64,000 bases of DNA, from assembly GCA_965215045.1 (NCBI GenBank), contig OZ244031.1, positions 1,581,961 to 1,645,960 on the forward strand, in the 5' to 3' direction. Numbering within the stretch: the stretch's first letter is position 1; every line of letters begins with the position of its first letter. This document shows, piece after piece, positions 28,646-38,778 of the stretch. The DNA comes from Gammaproteobacteria bacterium (lineage in GTDB: Bacteria; Pseudomonadota; Gammaproteobacteria; JABABF01). Both the position numbers and the translations under genes were made by a program. Below the pieces are notes generated by a model. It made no database searches and was not told the DNA's origin. It was given only the letters and a program-made list of their open reading frames with translations.

Positions 28646-31027
28646 ATGCGCATCTTGTTTTTTACCGCGGCACTGGGCGTTTTTTGCGTCTCCTTTCTGC
28701 CGTACCTGCCTTCGCCGTGGTGGTTGACGTCGCTGCCGGCGGTCTTGTGGCTGGCCTGGTGCCGCCGCACTCCCGCAACGCGCGCCTTGGCGGGGCTGGC
28801 CCTGGGACTGGGCTGGGGCACTGTCGCCGGTCACTGGCTGTTGACGGGCATCCTGTCGCCTGCATGGGAGCGCGAGGACCTGCAGCTTCGAGGATGTATC
28901 AGCGGCTTGCCGGCGTATTACGGGGAGGGTCGGCAGTATCGCGGTCGCTTTGTCTTCCTCGTCCATCACGCCCACCCGCTGGCCGCTCCCGCGACCCGCT
29001 TGCCATTGCGTCGCCTGCGTCTGTCCTGGTACGGGCCGCCGCCATTGCAGACCGGGCAGTGCTGGGAATTGCAGGTGCGTCTGCGAGCACCGCGCGGCTT
29101 TGCCAACCCCGGCGGCAGCGACTACGGGGCCTGGCTGTTGGCCCAGGGCATCGGTGCCACGGGTTATGTGCGCGCTCCCGAACGCGCCCGCCGGCTTGCA
29201 GACCGTGACTGGCGCACCGTCCACCACCGGTTGCGCGCCGTGTTGGCGCGGCGCATGGAGGGTCGCCCGCAGGGCGAATTCACGGGCTTTGTCAGTGCCC
29301 TGGCTTTCGGCGATCGGCGCGCTCTTGCACCTGAACTGCGGCGCATCCTGCAGCACAGCGGGACGGCGCACCTGTTGGCCATTTCCGGGCTGCATGTCGG
29401 TTTTATCGCCTTGTTGTGCCAACTGCTGTGCAAGCTGCTGACGCGCCTGGTGCCGCCATGCCTGCGCCTGATGCCGGCGCAGTGCTGGGGTGCTGCCGGG
29501 GGGCTGCTGGGTGCTTTTTGTTATGCCATGCTGGCGGGTTTTTCCCTGCCGACCCGCCGCGCCCTGGTCATGGTGGCCGTGGTGATGCTTGCCCTGCTGT
29601 TGCGGCGCCGGGTCAGTTTCGCCGGTGGGTTTTGCCTGGCCCTGTTCCTGGTGGCACTCCAGGATCCCCTGGCACCGCACACGGCCGGGTTCTGGTTGTC
29701 TTTTGTCGCGGTCGGTGTCCTGCTCTACGCCTTTCAGCGCACGCCCGACATGCTGCAACAGGCGCGCGCACCGCGCACCCCATGGCGAGCCCCGTGGCGC
29801 ATCCTGCGGCATTTCCTGTACGCGCAACTGGCGGTCAGCCTGGGACTCGTGCTGCCGCTGGGCCTGTTCCTGCACGGGGTGCCGCTGCTCTCGGTGCCGG
29901 CCAATCTTTTTGCCATTCCCTGGGTCAGCCTGCTGGTGGCGCCCGCCGCCCTGGCGGGGACCCTGGGCCTGGCGGTCTCGCCCCTGGGAGAGTACGGGGT
30001 GCGTTTGGCCGAATGGGGCCTGGCAGTGTTGTTTGCCGTCCTGCACGGCATGATGGAACTGCTGGAGCTGCCGGTGTGGCATCCGCCGCGCTGGCCGGTG
30101 CTGAGCATGATCGCGGCCATAGCGGGGACCCTGCTGCTGTTACGCGCCCGGCACCTGTACATTGCTGCTGCCGGCTTGGCACTGCTGTTGCCATTGACCT
30201 GGAGCGGTGGCAACGCCCCGGCGGCGGGTGCCCTGCAGGTTCTGGTGCTCGACGTGGGCCAGGGTCTTTCCGTGTTGTTGCGCACCCGCAATCACGGGCT
30301 GCTGTACGACACGGGTCCCGTGATGGGCCAGACAGACGCCGCCCGCCTGGCGGTTCTTCCCACCCTGCGTTCGTTGGGGGTGCGCTCCCTGGACGTCCTG
30401 GTGCTGAGTCACGGGGACCTGGACCACGTCGGTGGCACGGTCTCGGTGCTGGAAGAGCTGCCGGTGGATACTATTTTCAGCGGCGAGCCCTGGCGCAGCC
30501 AAGAGGACCTGGCACCGGGCATCCGGCGCCAACTGGAGACGGCAGAGCCCTGCAGGGCCGGTCAACACTGGCGGTGGGACGGAGTGGATTTTCGTATCCT
30601 GCATCCCCCGGAAAGTTTTGCCACGCGCAATGCCAACGATCTTTCCTGCGTGCTGCTGGTCGAGGTGGGCGGGCGGCGGGTGCTGCTGCCGGGGGATATC
30701 TCCAGGCGGGTGGAACGGCGGCTTGCCGGCACCTGGAGCGGGGCACCGGTCAGCGTGTTGCTGGCCTCGCATCACGGCAGTAACAGCTCGTCGGCGATGG
30801 ATTGGATTGCGGCCTTGCGCCCGCGCCACGTGGTGTACTCCAGCGGGCATCTGAACCATTTTTCGCATCCGCATCCCGCGGTCGTCCGGCGTTACCTGCG
30901 GGCCGGGGCGTCCGGCATTCACACCGGGCGCAGTGGGGCGGTGCAATTTCACATTGATGCGAACGGCACCGTGCAGGGGCCCGGCCTGTATCGCACCCGG
31001 CATCGCCGCTATTGGCACCGTCCTTAG
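28646..31027 (+). CDS. comEC: DNA internalization competence protein ComEC/Rec2
   Basis: 793 aa polytopic membrane protein with a C-terminal metallo-beta-lactamase domain (VLVLSHGDLDHVGG). Confidence 0.85.
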   Translation: MRILFFTAALGVFCVSFLPYLPSPWWLTSLPAVLWLAWCRRTPATRALAGLALGLGWGTVAGHWLLTGILSPAWEREDLQLRGCISGLPAYYGEGRQYRGRFVFLVHHAHPLAAPATRLPLRRLRLSWYGPPPLQTGQCWELQVRLRAPRGFANPGGSDYGAWLLAQGIGATGYVRAPERARRLADRDWRTVHHRLRAVLARRMEGRPQGEFTGFVSALAFGDRRALAPELRRILQHSGTAHLLAISGLHVGFIALLCQLLCKLLTRLVPPCLRLMPAQCWGAAGGLLGAFCYAMLAGFSLPTRRALVMVAVVMLALLLRRRVSFAGGFCLALFLVALQDPLAPHTAGFWLSFVAVGVLLYAFQRTPDMLQQARAPRTPWRAPWRILRHFLYAQLAVSLGLVLPLGLFLHGVPLLSVPANLFAIPWVSLLVAPAALAGTLGLAVSPLGEYGVRLAEWGLAVLFAVLHGMMELLELPVWHPPRWPVLSMIAAIAGTLLLLRARHLYIAAAGLALLLPLTWSGGNAPAAGALQVLVLDVGQGLSVLLRTRNHGLLYDTGPVMGQTDAARLAVLPTLRSLGVRSLDVLVLSHGDLDHVGGTVSVLEELPVDTIFSGEPWRSQEDLAPGIRRQLETAEPCRAGQHWRWDGVDFRILHPPESFATRNANDLSCVLLVEVGGRRVLLPGDISRRVERRLAGTWSGAPVSVLLASHHGSNSSSAMDWIAALRPRHVVYSSGHLNHFSHPHPAVVRRYLRAGASGIHTGRSGAVQFHIDANGTVQGPGLYRTRHRRYWHRP

Positions 31028-31145
31028 AGAGATCTGCGGGTTTGCGCAGTGCTGCCCGGCCATCCAGGTACTGAGCGGGCGGGCGGACGACGGCGGGGGT
31101 AGTACAATCGCCGGTCGCATGAAGCCCGGCACGCCCGCCTCCTGA

Positions 31146-32954
31146 ATGACACCTGCAACCAGCGATTCCCGCATTTACCTGCGCTTGCTGCATTGCGCCG
31201 CTCCCTACACGGCGATGCTGGTCCTGGCGCTGTTCGGTTACGCGGTTTTTTCATTGGCGGTGATGCTGCTGGCGGATGTCATGCAGTTTATTCTCGACTC
31301 CTTGAATAACCGCACCCAGAGCGGGCGCGGCCTGGTTTCGGGCCTGGTGGTCTCGCTGTTTGGCGCGGAGGCACTGGGCCGCAACGATTTTGTTCGCCTG
31401 GCGGCACCGCTCAGCATTGTGCTGATTGTCCTGTTGCGGGGCCTGGGTTTTGTCGCCGGGGTCTTCGGTATGACCCGCACTTCCCGCGGCATGGTGCATG
31501 ACTTGCGACGCAATCTTTTTGACCAACTGCTGGTCACGCCCGGCCAGATGATCGCCCGGGAGGGCGTCGGCTATACGCTGGCTAATTTTGGTTTCAAGAT
31601 CGAGCAGATGGTCATGATCATCCAAGGGGCCCTGAACATATTGTTGCGCGAAGGGCTGACGGTTTGCGCATTGCTGGGCTACATGTTCTACCTGCAATGG
31701 AAACTGGCACTCATCATGCTGGCGATTATGCCGCTGATCGTGCTCCTGGTCAGGTACGCCGCAAATTTCGTTCGTCGCTACGCGCACCGCATCCAGGATT
31801 CCACCGGTGAGATCAACCACGTGGTCAACGAGGCGGTGCAGCACTTCCGGGAAATCCGCCTGTTCGGCGGCGAGGAATACGAGAGCAGGCGTTTTGCCGA
31901 GGCCAGCGAATACAACCGTCACCAGTCACTGAAAATCAAGATGGTGCGCGCCCTGCTGCAGCCGGTAGTGCAACTGCTGCTGGCGGCGACGCTGGCCCTG
32001 CTGGTGTGGATGATTTTGGGCGAGTTCGCAGCGGTGGATTTCAGCCCCGGGGAATTTGTCGCTTTCCTGACTGCCGCGGGCCTGCTCGCCAAGCCGATGC
32101 GACAACTGACCGGCCTGGTGGACACCGTGCAACAGGGCTTGGTCGCCGCCCGCGATGTGTTCGAGCTGCAGGATGCGGAACCGGAACCGGATACGGGCAC
32201 GTACGAGGTGCAGCGGGTGCGCGGGGAGATTCATGTCGAGAATCTCAGCTTCCGCTATCACCCCGAAGACGAGCCGGCACTGCAAGACATCAGCTTTGCG
32301 CTGTCGCCCGGCCAGATGGTGGCACTGGTCGGACGCAACGGCAGCGGCAAGAGTACCCTGTTGCGCTTGTTGACGCGCATGCACGTGCATCTGCAGGGAC
32401 GCATTCTGCTCGACGGCGTCGATGTCAACGAGTACCGCCTGCGCTCCCTGCGGGCGCAGTTTTCCGTAGTTCCGCAACAGCCGGTATTGTTTGATGACAC
32501 GGTGTACCACAACATTGCCTACGGCGACATGGCGCGCGCGAGTCGCTCTGAAGTACTGTGGGCGGCAGAGGCGGCCTCGGCCCGCGAGTTCATCGAACAA
32601 CTGCCACAGGGACTGGATACACGCCTGGGCAGAATGGGGGTGCAACTGTCCGGTGGACAGATGCAGTGCATCGCCATTGCCCGCGCACTGCTCAAAAATG
32701 CGCCGGTGCTGCTGTTGGATGAGGCGACCGCGGCACTCGACCGGGAAACGGAACGCCAGGTACAGAGAGCCCTGCACACGCTGACGGCCAACTGCAGCTG
32801 CATCGCCATCGCCCATCGCCTGGACACGGTGCAGCACGCGCACATGATCCTGGTGCTCGATGCGGGGCGCATCGTCGAACGCGGCAGGCACGAAGAATTA
32901 CTGGCCGCCGGCGGCGAATACGCGCGCCTCTACCAGCGGAGCTTCGAAGGGTGA
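31146..32954 (+). CDS. msbA: Lipid A export ABC transporter (fused permease/ATPase), MsbA-like
   Basis: 602 aa with an N-terminal 6-TM domain, Walker A GRNGSGKST, signature LSGGQMQCIAIARA. Lies upstream of lpxK as in E. coli. Confidence 0.8.
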   Translation: MTPATSDSRIYLRLLHCAAPYTAMLVLALFGYAVFSLAVMLLADVMQFILDSLNNRTQSGRGLVSGLVVSLFGAEALGRNDFVRLAAPLSIVLIVLLRGLGFVAGVFGMTRTSRGMVHDLRRNLFDQLLVTPGQMIAREGVGYTLANFGFKIEQMVMIIQGALNILLREGLTVCALLGYMFYLQWKLALIMLAIMPLIVLLVRYAANFVRRYAHRIQDSTGEINHVVNEAVQHFREIRLFGGEEYESRRFAEASEYNRHQSLKIKMVRALLQPVVQLLLAATLALLVWMILGEFAAVDFSPGEFVAFLTAAGLLAKPMRQLTGLVDTVQQGLVAARDVFELQDAEPEPDTGTYEVQRVRGEIHVENLSFRYHPEDEPALQDISFALSPGQMVALVGRNGSGKSTLLRLLTRMHVHLQGRILLDGVDVNEYRLRSLRAQFSVVPQQPVLFDDTVYHNIAYGDMARASRSEVLWAAEAASAREFIEQLPQGLDTRLGRMGVQLSGGQMQCIAIARALLKNAPVLLLDEATAALDRETERQVQRALHTLTANCSCIAIAHRLDTVQHAHMILVLDAGRIVERGRHEELLAAGGEYARLYQRSFEG

Positions 32955-33982
32955 ATTCCAGACGTTTGCGTTGGCACCGCCACTTGCTGGACTCCTGGGA
33001 ACAATCCCGGCTGCTGGGATTCCTGCTGGCCTGGGCGGCCTGGATATTTCGCGGTCTCGCCTACTGGCGCCGGCACCGCTGCCTGGCGCAGGCACAGCCA
33101 TTGCCAATACCGGTGGTGGTGGTCGGCAATCTGCACTTGGGCGGTACAGGTAAAACGCCGCTGGTCTGTCGCTTGGCCGGCATCCTGCGCGAAGCCGGTT
33201 ACCGCCCGGGCATTGTCAGTCGCGGTTGGGGCGGTCGCCAGGCAGCCGTGCACATCGTGCGGGAAGACGATGATCCCGCGCAGGTCGGCGACGAGGCCCT
33301 GTTGCTGGCGGCGGTCGCACCGACCGCGATCGGCCGGGACCGGCCCGCTGCCGCACGGTGCTTGCTGGACCGGGGTTGCGACCTGCTGCTCAGTGATGAC
33401 GGCTTGCAACATTACCGGTTACCGCGCGATATAGAAATTGTCGTGGTGGATGGCGCGCGCGGCATGGGCAACGGTCGCTGCCTGCCCGCCGGTCCACTGC
33501 GCGAGCCGCCACACCGCCTGCGGGAAGCGGATTTTGTCGTCTGCAACGGCCCCCGGGGTCCGGGCGTCCCGGCGGGCGAGAAGATGGAAATGCGCGCAGT
33601 GGAACTGTTGCGCCTGGACCAGGCCGAGCGCTGTGCACCGGGGGAGCGCGATTTCGGTGCCCGGGCGCATGCCGTTGCCGGCATCGGTGCCCCGGAACGT
33701 TTTTTTGCCCTGTTGCGCCCCTGGGTTGCCACGCTCATCGAGCATCCCTTTCCCGACCATTACGGCTATCGTGCGGGAGACCTGCAGTTCGCAGACGAGG
33801 TGCCGGTACTGATGACGGAAAAAGATGCGGTGAAGTGCCGCGCACTGCCGGAGTGCAGGGCCGCCCCGGAACGCTTCTGGGTCTTGCGGGCACGGGCAGA
33901 ACTGGAAGAGGATTTCGTGCGCCGCCTGCTGCACCGCCTGCGGGAATGCGCTCCCATGCGCGAGGTGCCGGTGCCGGCATGA
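32951..33982 (+). CDS. lpxK: Tetraacyldisaccharide 4'-kinase
   Basis: VVVGNLHLGGTGKTPLV P-loop. GTG overlaps the msbA stop (GTGA). Confidence 0.85.
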   Translation: MNSRRLRWHRHLLDSWEQSRLLGFLLAWAAWIFRGLAYWRRHRCLAQAQPLPIPVVVVGNLHLGGTGKTPLVCRLAGILREAGYRPGIVSRGWGGRQAAVHIVREDDDPAQVGDEALLLAAVAPTAIGRDRPAAARCLLDRGCDLLLSDDGLQHYRLPRDIEIVVVDGARGMGNGRCLPAGPLREPPHRLREADFVVCNGPRGPGVPAGEKMEMRAVELLRLDQAERCAPGERDFGARAHAVAGIGAPERFFALLRPWVATLIEHPFPDHYGYRAGDLQFADEVPVLMTEKDAVKCRALPECRAAPERFWVLRARAELEEDFVRRLLHRLRECAPMREVPVPA

Positions 33983-34767
33983 GTAGTGGCGGCGGCTTCC
34001 AGGTGCTGATCCCGGCGCGCTACCAGGCGCATCGCCTGCCGGGCAAACTGCTGCTGGAGATCGAGGGGAAAACGATCCTGCAGCGCACCTGGGAACGCGC
34101 CTGTCGCAGCACCGCAGAGCAGGTTCGGATCGTCACCGACGATCCGCGCATTTACACGGCCGCGACCGGTTTCGGTGCACAGGTGCTGCAGAGTGTCCAG
34201 GCGCATGCCTCCGGCACCGAGCGGCTGTCCGAGGCGGTGCAGCTCCTGGAACTGCCGGCGAACGCCCTGGTGGTCAACGTGCAGGGGGATGAGCCTTTGA
34301 TTCCACCCGCGGTCATCGACCAGGCGGCGGCCTGCCTGGAGGCTTCCCCGGAGGCGGAGATCGCCACCGCCTGGACGCCCATTGCGACCGTGGAGGAGCT
34401 CTTGTCTCCCGACGTGGTCAAGCTGATGGCCGATGCCCGGGAGTGCGCCGCGTATTTCTCCCGGGCGCCGATTCCCTGGGCCCGGGAGGCGTTTGCGGAT
34501 GGCATGCCCCGCACCCTGCCGCCGCAGTTTTCGTGGCGGCGGCACCTGGGAATTTATGCGTATCGCGTGCGGGTGTTACAGGGCTGGCGGCAGATGCCGC
34601 CGTCTCCGTGGGAGCAGGCGGAACGCCTGGAACAGTTGCGCGCGCTGTGGCACGGGATGACGGTGCAACTGTTCGAAGTTTGTGAGCCCGCACCGCCCGG
34701 GGTGGACACGGAAGAGGACTTGGAAGCACTGCGTGCGCAAGTGCGCATTGCAGATGCCGGCGGATGA
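33979..34767 (+). CDS. kdsB: 3-deoxy-manno-octulosonate cytidylyltransferase
   Basis: Start at MSSGGGFQVLIPARYQAHRLPGK (ATGA overlap with lpxK). KdsB motifs. Confidence 0.85.
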   Translation: MSSGGGFQVLIPARYQAHRLPGKLLLEIEGKTILQRTWERACRSTAEQVRIVTDDPRIYTAATGFGAQVLQSVQAHASGTERLSEAVQLLELPANALVVNVQGDEPLIPPAVIDQAAACLEASPEAEIATAWTPIATVEELLSPDVVKLMADARECAAYFSRAPIPWAREAFADGMPRTLPPQFSWRRHLGIYAYRVRVLQGWRQMPPSPWEQAERLEQLRALWHGMTVQLFEVCEPAPPGVDTEEDLEALRAQVRIADAGG

Positions 34768-35777
34768 AGATCGCCGAGGAATTTTCCCTGCAGGAGCACA
34801 ATACACTGCGACTGCCTTCCGTGGCGCAGTACCGGGTTTGCCCCCGCAACCGGGACGAGTTGCACAGTGCCCTGTCATTTGCGCGCGAACGCAATGTGCC
34901 GCTGTGCATCCTGGGCGGCGGCAGCAACGTGGTCCTGCCCGGGCGTCTGCCGGGACTGGTGCTGCATCCGCAGTTGCGCGGCATAGACATATTGCGCGAA
35001 GACGATGCCGGACTGCTGCTGCGCGTCGGTGCCGGTGAATCGTGGCCCGCCCTGGTCGATCTGTGCCTGGAGCGGTGCTGGTACGGGCTGGAGAACCTGG
35101 CCTTGATCCCGGGCAGCGTCGGTGCCGCACCGGTGCAGAATATCGGTGCCTACGGCGTGGAATTGGCGGAACTCCTGCACGGCGTGGAGACGCTCGATAC
35201 GCAAACGGGCGAGCAGCGCCTGCTCGCGGTCCGGGATTGCGGCTTCGCCTATCGCGACAGCGCATTCCGGGACCGCTGGCGCGACCGGCTGTTAATCTGC
35301 GCCCTGCAGTTGCGGCTGTCAAAGATTCCGCGGGCGCGCTGCGAGTACCCGCCATTGCGCGAGGCACTTGCGCGCGCCGGTTGCACGTCGCCGACCCCGG
35401 AAGATGTACACCGGGAAGTGACGGCCCTGCGGCGGCGTCTGCCGGACCCCGCACAGACGCCAAACGCGGGCAGCTTTTTCCGGAACCCGGAGCTCGACGC
35501 CGCGCACTACCGGCGCCTGCTCAGCGAACACCCCGGGCTCCGCGCATTCCTACAGCCCAGCGGCTGTTATAGAATTGCAGCAGGCTGGTTGCTGGAACAG
35601 GCGGGCTGGCGCGGGCGCGCCCGCGGGGCGGTGGCCGTGCACCATCGGCACGCACTGGTGTTAATCAACCGGGGCGGGGCGGCGGCCGCGGAAGTGCTGG
35701 ACTGCGCCCGGGCGATGCAGGAATCGGTGCGCGATCGTTTTGGCATTGTGTTGGAGATCGAACCGCGTGTCTTCTGA
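34764..35777 (+). CDS. murB: UDP-N-acetylenolpyruvoylglucosamine reductase
   Basis: FAD-binding ILGGGSNVV. ATGA overlap with kdsB. Confidence 0.85.
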   Translation: MKIAEEFSLQEHNTLRLPSVAQYRVCPRNRDELHSALSFARERNVPLCILGGGSNVVLPGRLPGLVLHPQLRGIDILREDDAGLLLRVGAGESWPALVDLCLERCWYGLENLALIPGSVGAAPVQNIGAYGVELAELLHGVETLDTQTGEQRLLAVRDCGFAYRDSAFRDRWRDRLLICALQLRLSKIPRARCEYPPLREALARAGCTSPTPEDVHREVTALRRRLPDPAQTPNAGSFFRNPELDAAHYRRLLSEHPGLRAFLQPSGCYRIAAGWLLEQAGWRGRARGAVAVHHRHALVLINRGGAAAAEVLDCARAMQESVRDRFGIVLEIEPRVF

Positions 35778-36363
35778 GAAACAACGCGTCCTCTTGCCAG
35801 GCGGTGAGTTGTGGAGCTATCCCGGGGCCTTCGCCCGGCAGGCGGATGACTGGCTGCGCGCCTTGCTGGACAAGGTCGCCTGGCGCAGTGAGAAACTGCA
35901 TCTCTTCGGGCGCTGGGTCGAAGCACCGCGGCGCATCGCCTGGTACGGCGACCCGGGTGCCGAGTACTGTTATTCGGGACGCCGTCATGCGCCCCGCCCC
36001 TGGATCGTCCCGCTGCAGGAAATGCGTACCGCGGTCCAAAAGCTGCTGGGGGCTTCTTTCAACAGTGCCCTGCTTAACCTGTACCGCGATGGCAATGACG
36101 CCATGGGCTGGCACAGCGATGATGAGCCGGAACTGCAACCGCGGCCCCTGATCGCCTCGCTGAGTTTCGGTGCCACCCGGCGTTTTGATCTGCGTCCGCG
36201 CGGCGGCGGCGCAATCGTCTCCCTGCAACTGGAACACGGTTCCCTGCTGGTGATGGGCGGCGATACGCAGCGTCACTGGCGGCACCGCGTACCGCGCAGT
36301 GCCCGCTGCCAGGCACCGCGGGTGAACGTGACGTTCCGGCGGGTGCGCGGGGTGCGTGCATGA
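35740..36363 (+). CDS. AlkB-like Fe(II)/2-oxoglutarate-dependent dioxygenase (alternative GTG start at 35767)
   Basis: LYRDGNDAMGWHSDDE...SLSFGATRRFDLR...LEHGSLLVMGGDTQRHWRHRVP matches the HxD...H motifs of AlkB/2OG-FeII oxygenases. Confidence 0.7.
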   Translation: MALCWRSNRVSSEKQRVLLPGGELWSYPGAFARQADDWLRALLDKVAWRSEKLHLFGRWVEAPRRIAWYGDPGAEYCYSGRRHAPRPWIVPLQEMRTAVQKLLGASFNSALLNLYRDGNDAMGWHSDDEPELQPRPLIASLSFGATRRFDLRPRGGGAIVSLQLEHGSLLVMGGDTQRHWRHRVPRSARCQAPRVNVTFRRVRGVRA

Positions 36364-38192
36364 TGCCGGCCGCGGACCGGGACTTCGACTCGCGCCGGCT
36401 GATCGGCGGCCTGCAGGAGCACCCCGGGATCTACCAGATGCTGGACCGCGAGGGCGAAGTGCTGTACGTGGGCAAGGCGCGCAATCTCAAGAAGCGCGTC
36501 GCCAGCTACTTTCAAAAGCGCGCACTGAACCGCCGCACGCTGGCGATGCTGGCGCGCGTGCGGGAGGTACAGGTCACGGTGACCGCCAGTGAGACGGAAG
36601 CACTGTTGCTGGAGCAAAACCTGATCAAGGAATACCATCCGCCGTACAACATCCTGTTGCGAGACGACAAGTCTTATCCCTGCATTCGCCTGTCAGAAGA
36701 GGAGTTTCCGCGGCTGTCTTTTTACCGCGGCGCGCGGCGCAGTGGTGCGCGCTATTTCGGCCCGTATCCCGGCGCGTCGGCGGTGCGCGACAGTTTGAAT
36801 TTTCTCTACCGCACCTTTCGCATACGGCAGTGTGAAAACAGCGTGTTTCGCAATCGTTCCCGCCCCTGCCTGCAATACGAGATCAAACGTTGCAGCGCCC
36901 CTTGCGTCGGTTTGATCAGTGCTGCGGAGTACGCCGAGAGTGTCGCGGATGCCGAAATGTTTCTGCAGGGCAACAACCGCGAGCTGCTCACGGGTCTCAG
37001 CGAGCGCATGGAGTCCGCTGCTGCGGCCGAGCACTACGAACGCGCCGCCGAGTTGCGCGACCAGGTCGCCGCGCTGAACCAGCTTCAGGAAAAGCAGTAC
37101 ATCGAGGGCGAGAAGGGCGATGTCGATATTCTCGCGGCGGCGGCGGCACCGGACTGTGTCTCGGTGCAGATGCTCTACGTGCGCGCCGGCCGTGTCATCG
37201 GCTCGCGCGGCTATTTCCCGCGCCTGCCCCTGGCGGAAAATCCGGGCGAGGCGCTGGCGGCATTTATTCCCGGCTTTTACCTGCGTGCGGCGGCCGAGAT
37301 CCCGCGCAAGATCCTGTTGAGTCACCCGGTGGCCGGCACCCGTGCGCTGGAGGAAGCCCTGGAGCGCCGCGCCAGTCACAAGGTACGCCTGCAATCCCGC
37401 GTGCAGGGTGCCCGACTGCGCTGGTTGCGCCTGGCCCGGGAGACCGCCGAACAGAACTTGCAGGGACGCATGGCGGGCGAGAGGCAGACCATTGCCCAGT
37501 TGCAGGAATTGCGCGAGGCCTTGCAACTGGAAGAGACGCCGCGCCGCCTGGAATGCTTTGATATCAGTCACAGCGGCGGCATAGAGACCGTGGCTTCCTG
37601 CGTGGCTTTTGACCAGGAAGGGGCGCGCAAAAGCGATTACCGCCGTTATATCATCCGCGGTATTGCGCCGGGAGACGATTATGCCGCCCTGCGCCAGGCC
37701 CTGTTGCGGCGCTACCGGCGGGTGCAGACGGGGCAGGGGGGCGCCCTGCCCGACGTGTTGCTGGTCGACGGCGGACCGGGGCAATTGCGCCAGGCGCGCG
37801 AAGTGTGGGACGAGCTGGGACTCGGCGCGGCGGCATTGCTGGGCGTCGCCAAGGGGCGCAGTCGCCGCCCGGGGCGGGAACGCTTGTGGACCGGCTCCGG
37901 GAAGGAGCTCCGGCTGGCACCGGACTCCGGTGCACTGCACCTGGTACAGCGTATCCGCGATGAGGCCCACCGTTTTGCCATCCAAGGGCACCGCCGCCGG
38001 CGCAGTGCCCGCAGTGGGGCCTCGCCGCTGGCGGAAGTCCCCGGCATCGGCCCCAAGCGCCGCCGCATGCTGTTGCGTTCTTTCGGGGGTTTGCAGGGCA
38101 TTCGCAAGGCGGCCCCGGAAGAGATTGCACGCACGCCGGGTATCAGCCTTAAAATGGCCGAAGATATTCTCGCGCACTTGCGGCGCAATTGA
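36360..38192 (+). CDS. uvrC: Excinuclease ABC subunit C
   Basis: N-terminal GIY-YIG (GIYQMLDREGEVLYVGKARNLKKR), UvrBC domain, C-terminal HhH. Confidence 0.9.
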   Translation: MMPAADRDFDSRRLIGGLQEHPGIYQMLDREGEVLYVGKARNLKKRVASYFQKRALNRRTLAMLARVREVQVTVTASETEALLLEQNLIKEYHPPYNILLRDDKSYPCIRLSEEEFPRLSFYRGARRSGARYFGPYPGASAVRDSLNFLYRTFRIRQCENSVFRNRSRPCLQYEIKRCSAPCVGLISAAEYAESVADAEMFLQGNNRELLTGLSERMESAAAAEHYERAAELRDQVAALNQLQEKQYIEGEKGDVDILAAAAAPDCVSVQMLYVRAGRVIGSRGYFPRLPLAENPGEALAAFIPGFYLRAAAEIPRKILLSHPVAGTRALEEALERRASHKVRLQSRVQGARLRWLRLARETAEQNLQGRMAGERQTIAQLQELREALQLEETPRRLECFDISHSGGIETVASCVAFDQEGARKSDYRRYIIRGIAPGDDYAALRQALLRRYRRVQTGQGGALPDVLLVDGGPGQLRQAREVWDELGLGAAALLGVAKGRSRRPGRERLWTGSGKELRLAPDSGALHLVQRIRDEAHRFAIQGHRRRRSARSGASPLAEVPGIGPKRRRMLLRSFGGLQGIRKAAPEEIARTPGISLKMAEDILAHLRRN

Positions 38193-38214
38193 GTCTGGCA
38201 GCGGAGCGATCAAC

Positions 38215-38772
38215 ATGAATTTGCCGATGTGGTTCACGGTATTGCGCATTGCCCTGGTGCCGCTGATCGTGCTGGCGATGCTGCTGTTGCCCGGCTACTG
38301 GGCGGCACTGTTATTCGTATGCGCTGCGCTCAGCGATTGGTTGGACGGCTGGCTGGCCCGGCGTTATGCGCAAGTCAGCCGCTTCGGTGCCTTCTTGGAC
38401 CCGGTGGCGGACAAGCTGGTGATCATCAGTGTGCTGATACTGTTGACGGCGTTTCACCAGACACTGTGGTTTTCACTGCCGGCACTGTGCATTATCAGCC
38501 GGGAAGTGCTGGTGCTGGCATTGCGGGAGTGGATGGTCGAAGTGGGCCGGCGCGCCCCGGTCTCCGTCTCGCGCCTGGGCAAGTGGAAGACCACGCTGCA
38601 ATTTGTCGCGCTGTTGCTATTCCTGCTCCTGGGCCGGGGCGACGAACTGCTGTTATTGCTGACGGCTTACCTGCTGTTGTACGTGTCACTGGTGCTGACC
38701 CTGTGGTCCATGGTCAACTACCTGCGCGCGGCGTGGTCAGAATTGGATTGGAGAGGCGAGCGCAAGCACTGA
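38215..38772 (+). CDS. pgsA: CDP-diacylglycerol--glycerol-3-phosphate 3-phosphatidyltransferase
   Basis: Start at MNLPMWFTVLRIALVP. CDP-alcohol phosphatidyltransferase motif DG.LAR......G...D...DK. Confidence 0.85.
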   Translation: MNLPMWFTVLRIALVPLIVLAMLLLPGYWAALLFVCAALSDWLDGWLARRYAQVSRFGAFLDPVADKLVIISVLILLTAFHQTLWFSLPALCIISREVLVLALREWMVEVGRRAPVSVSRLGKWKTTLQFVALLLFLLLGRGDELLLLLTAYLLLYVSLVLTLWSMVNYLRAAWSELDWRGERKH

Positions 38773-38778
38773 GGAGTT

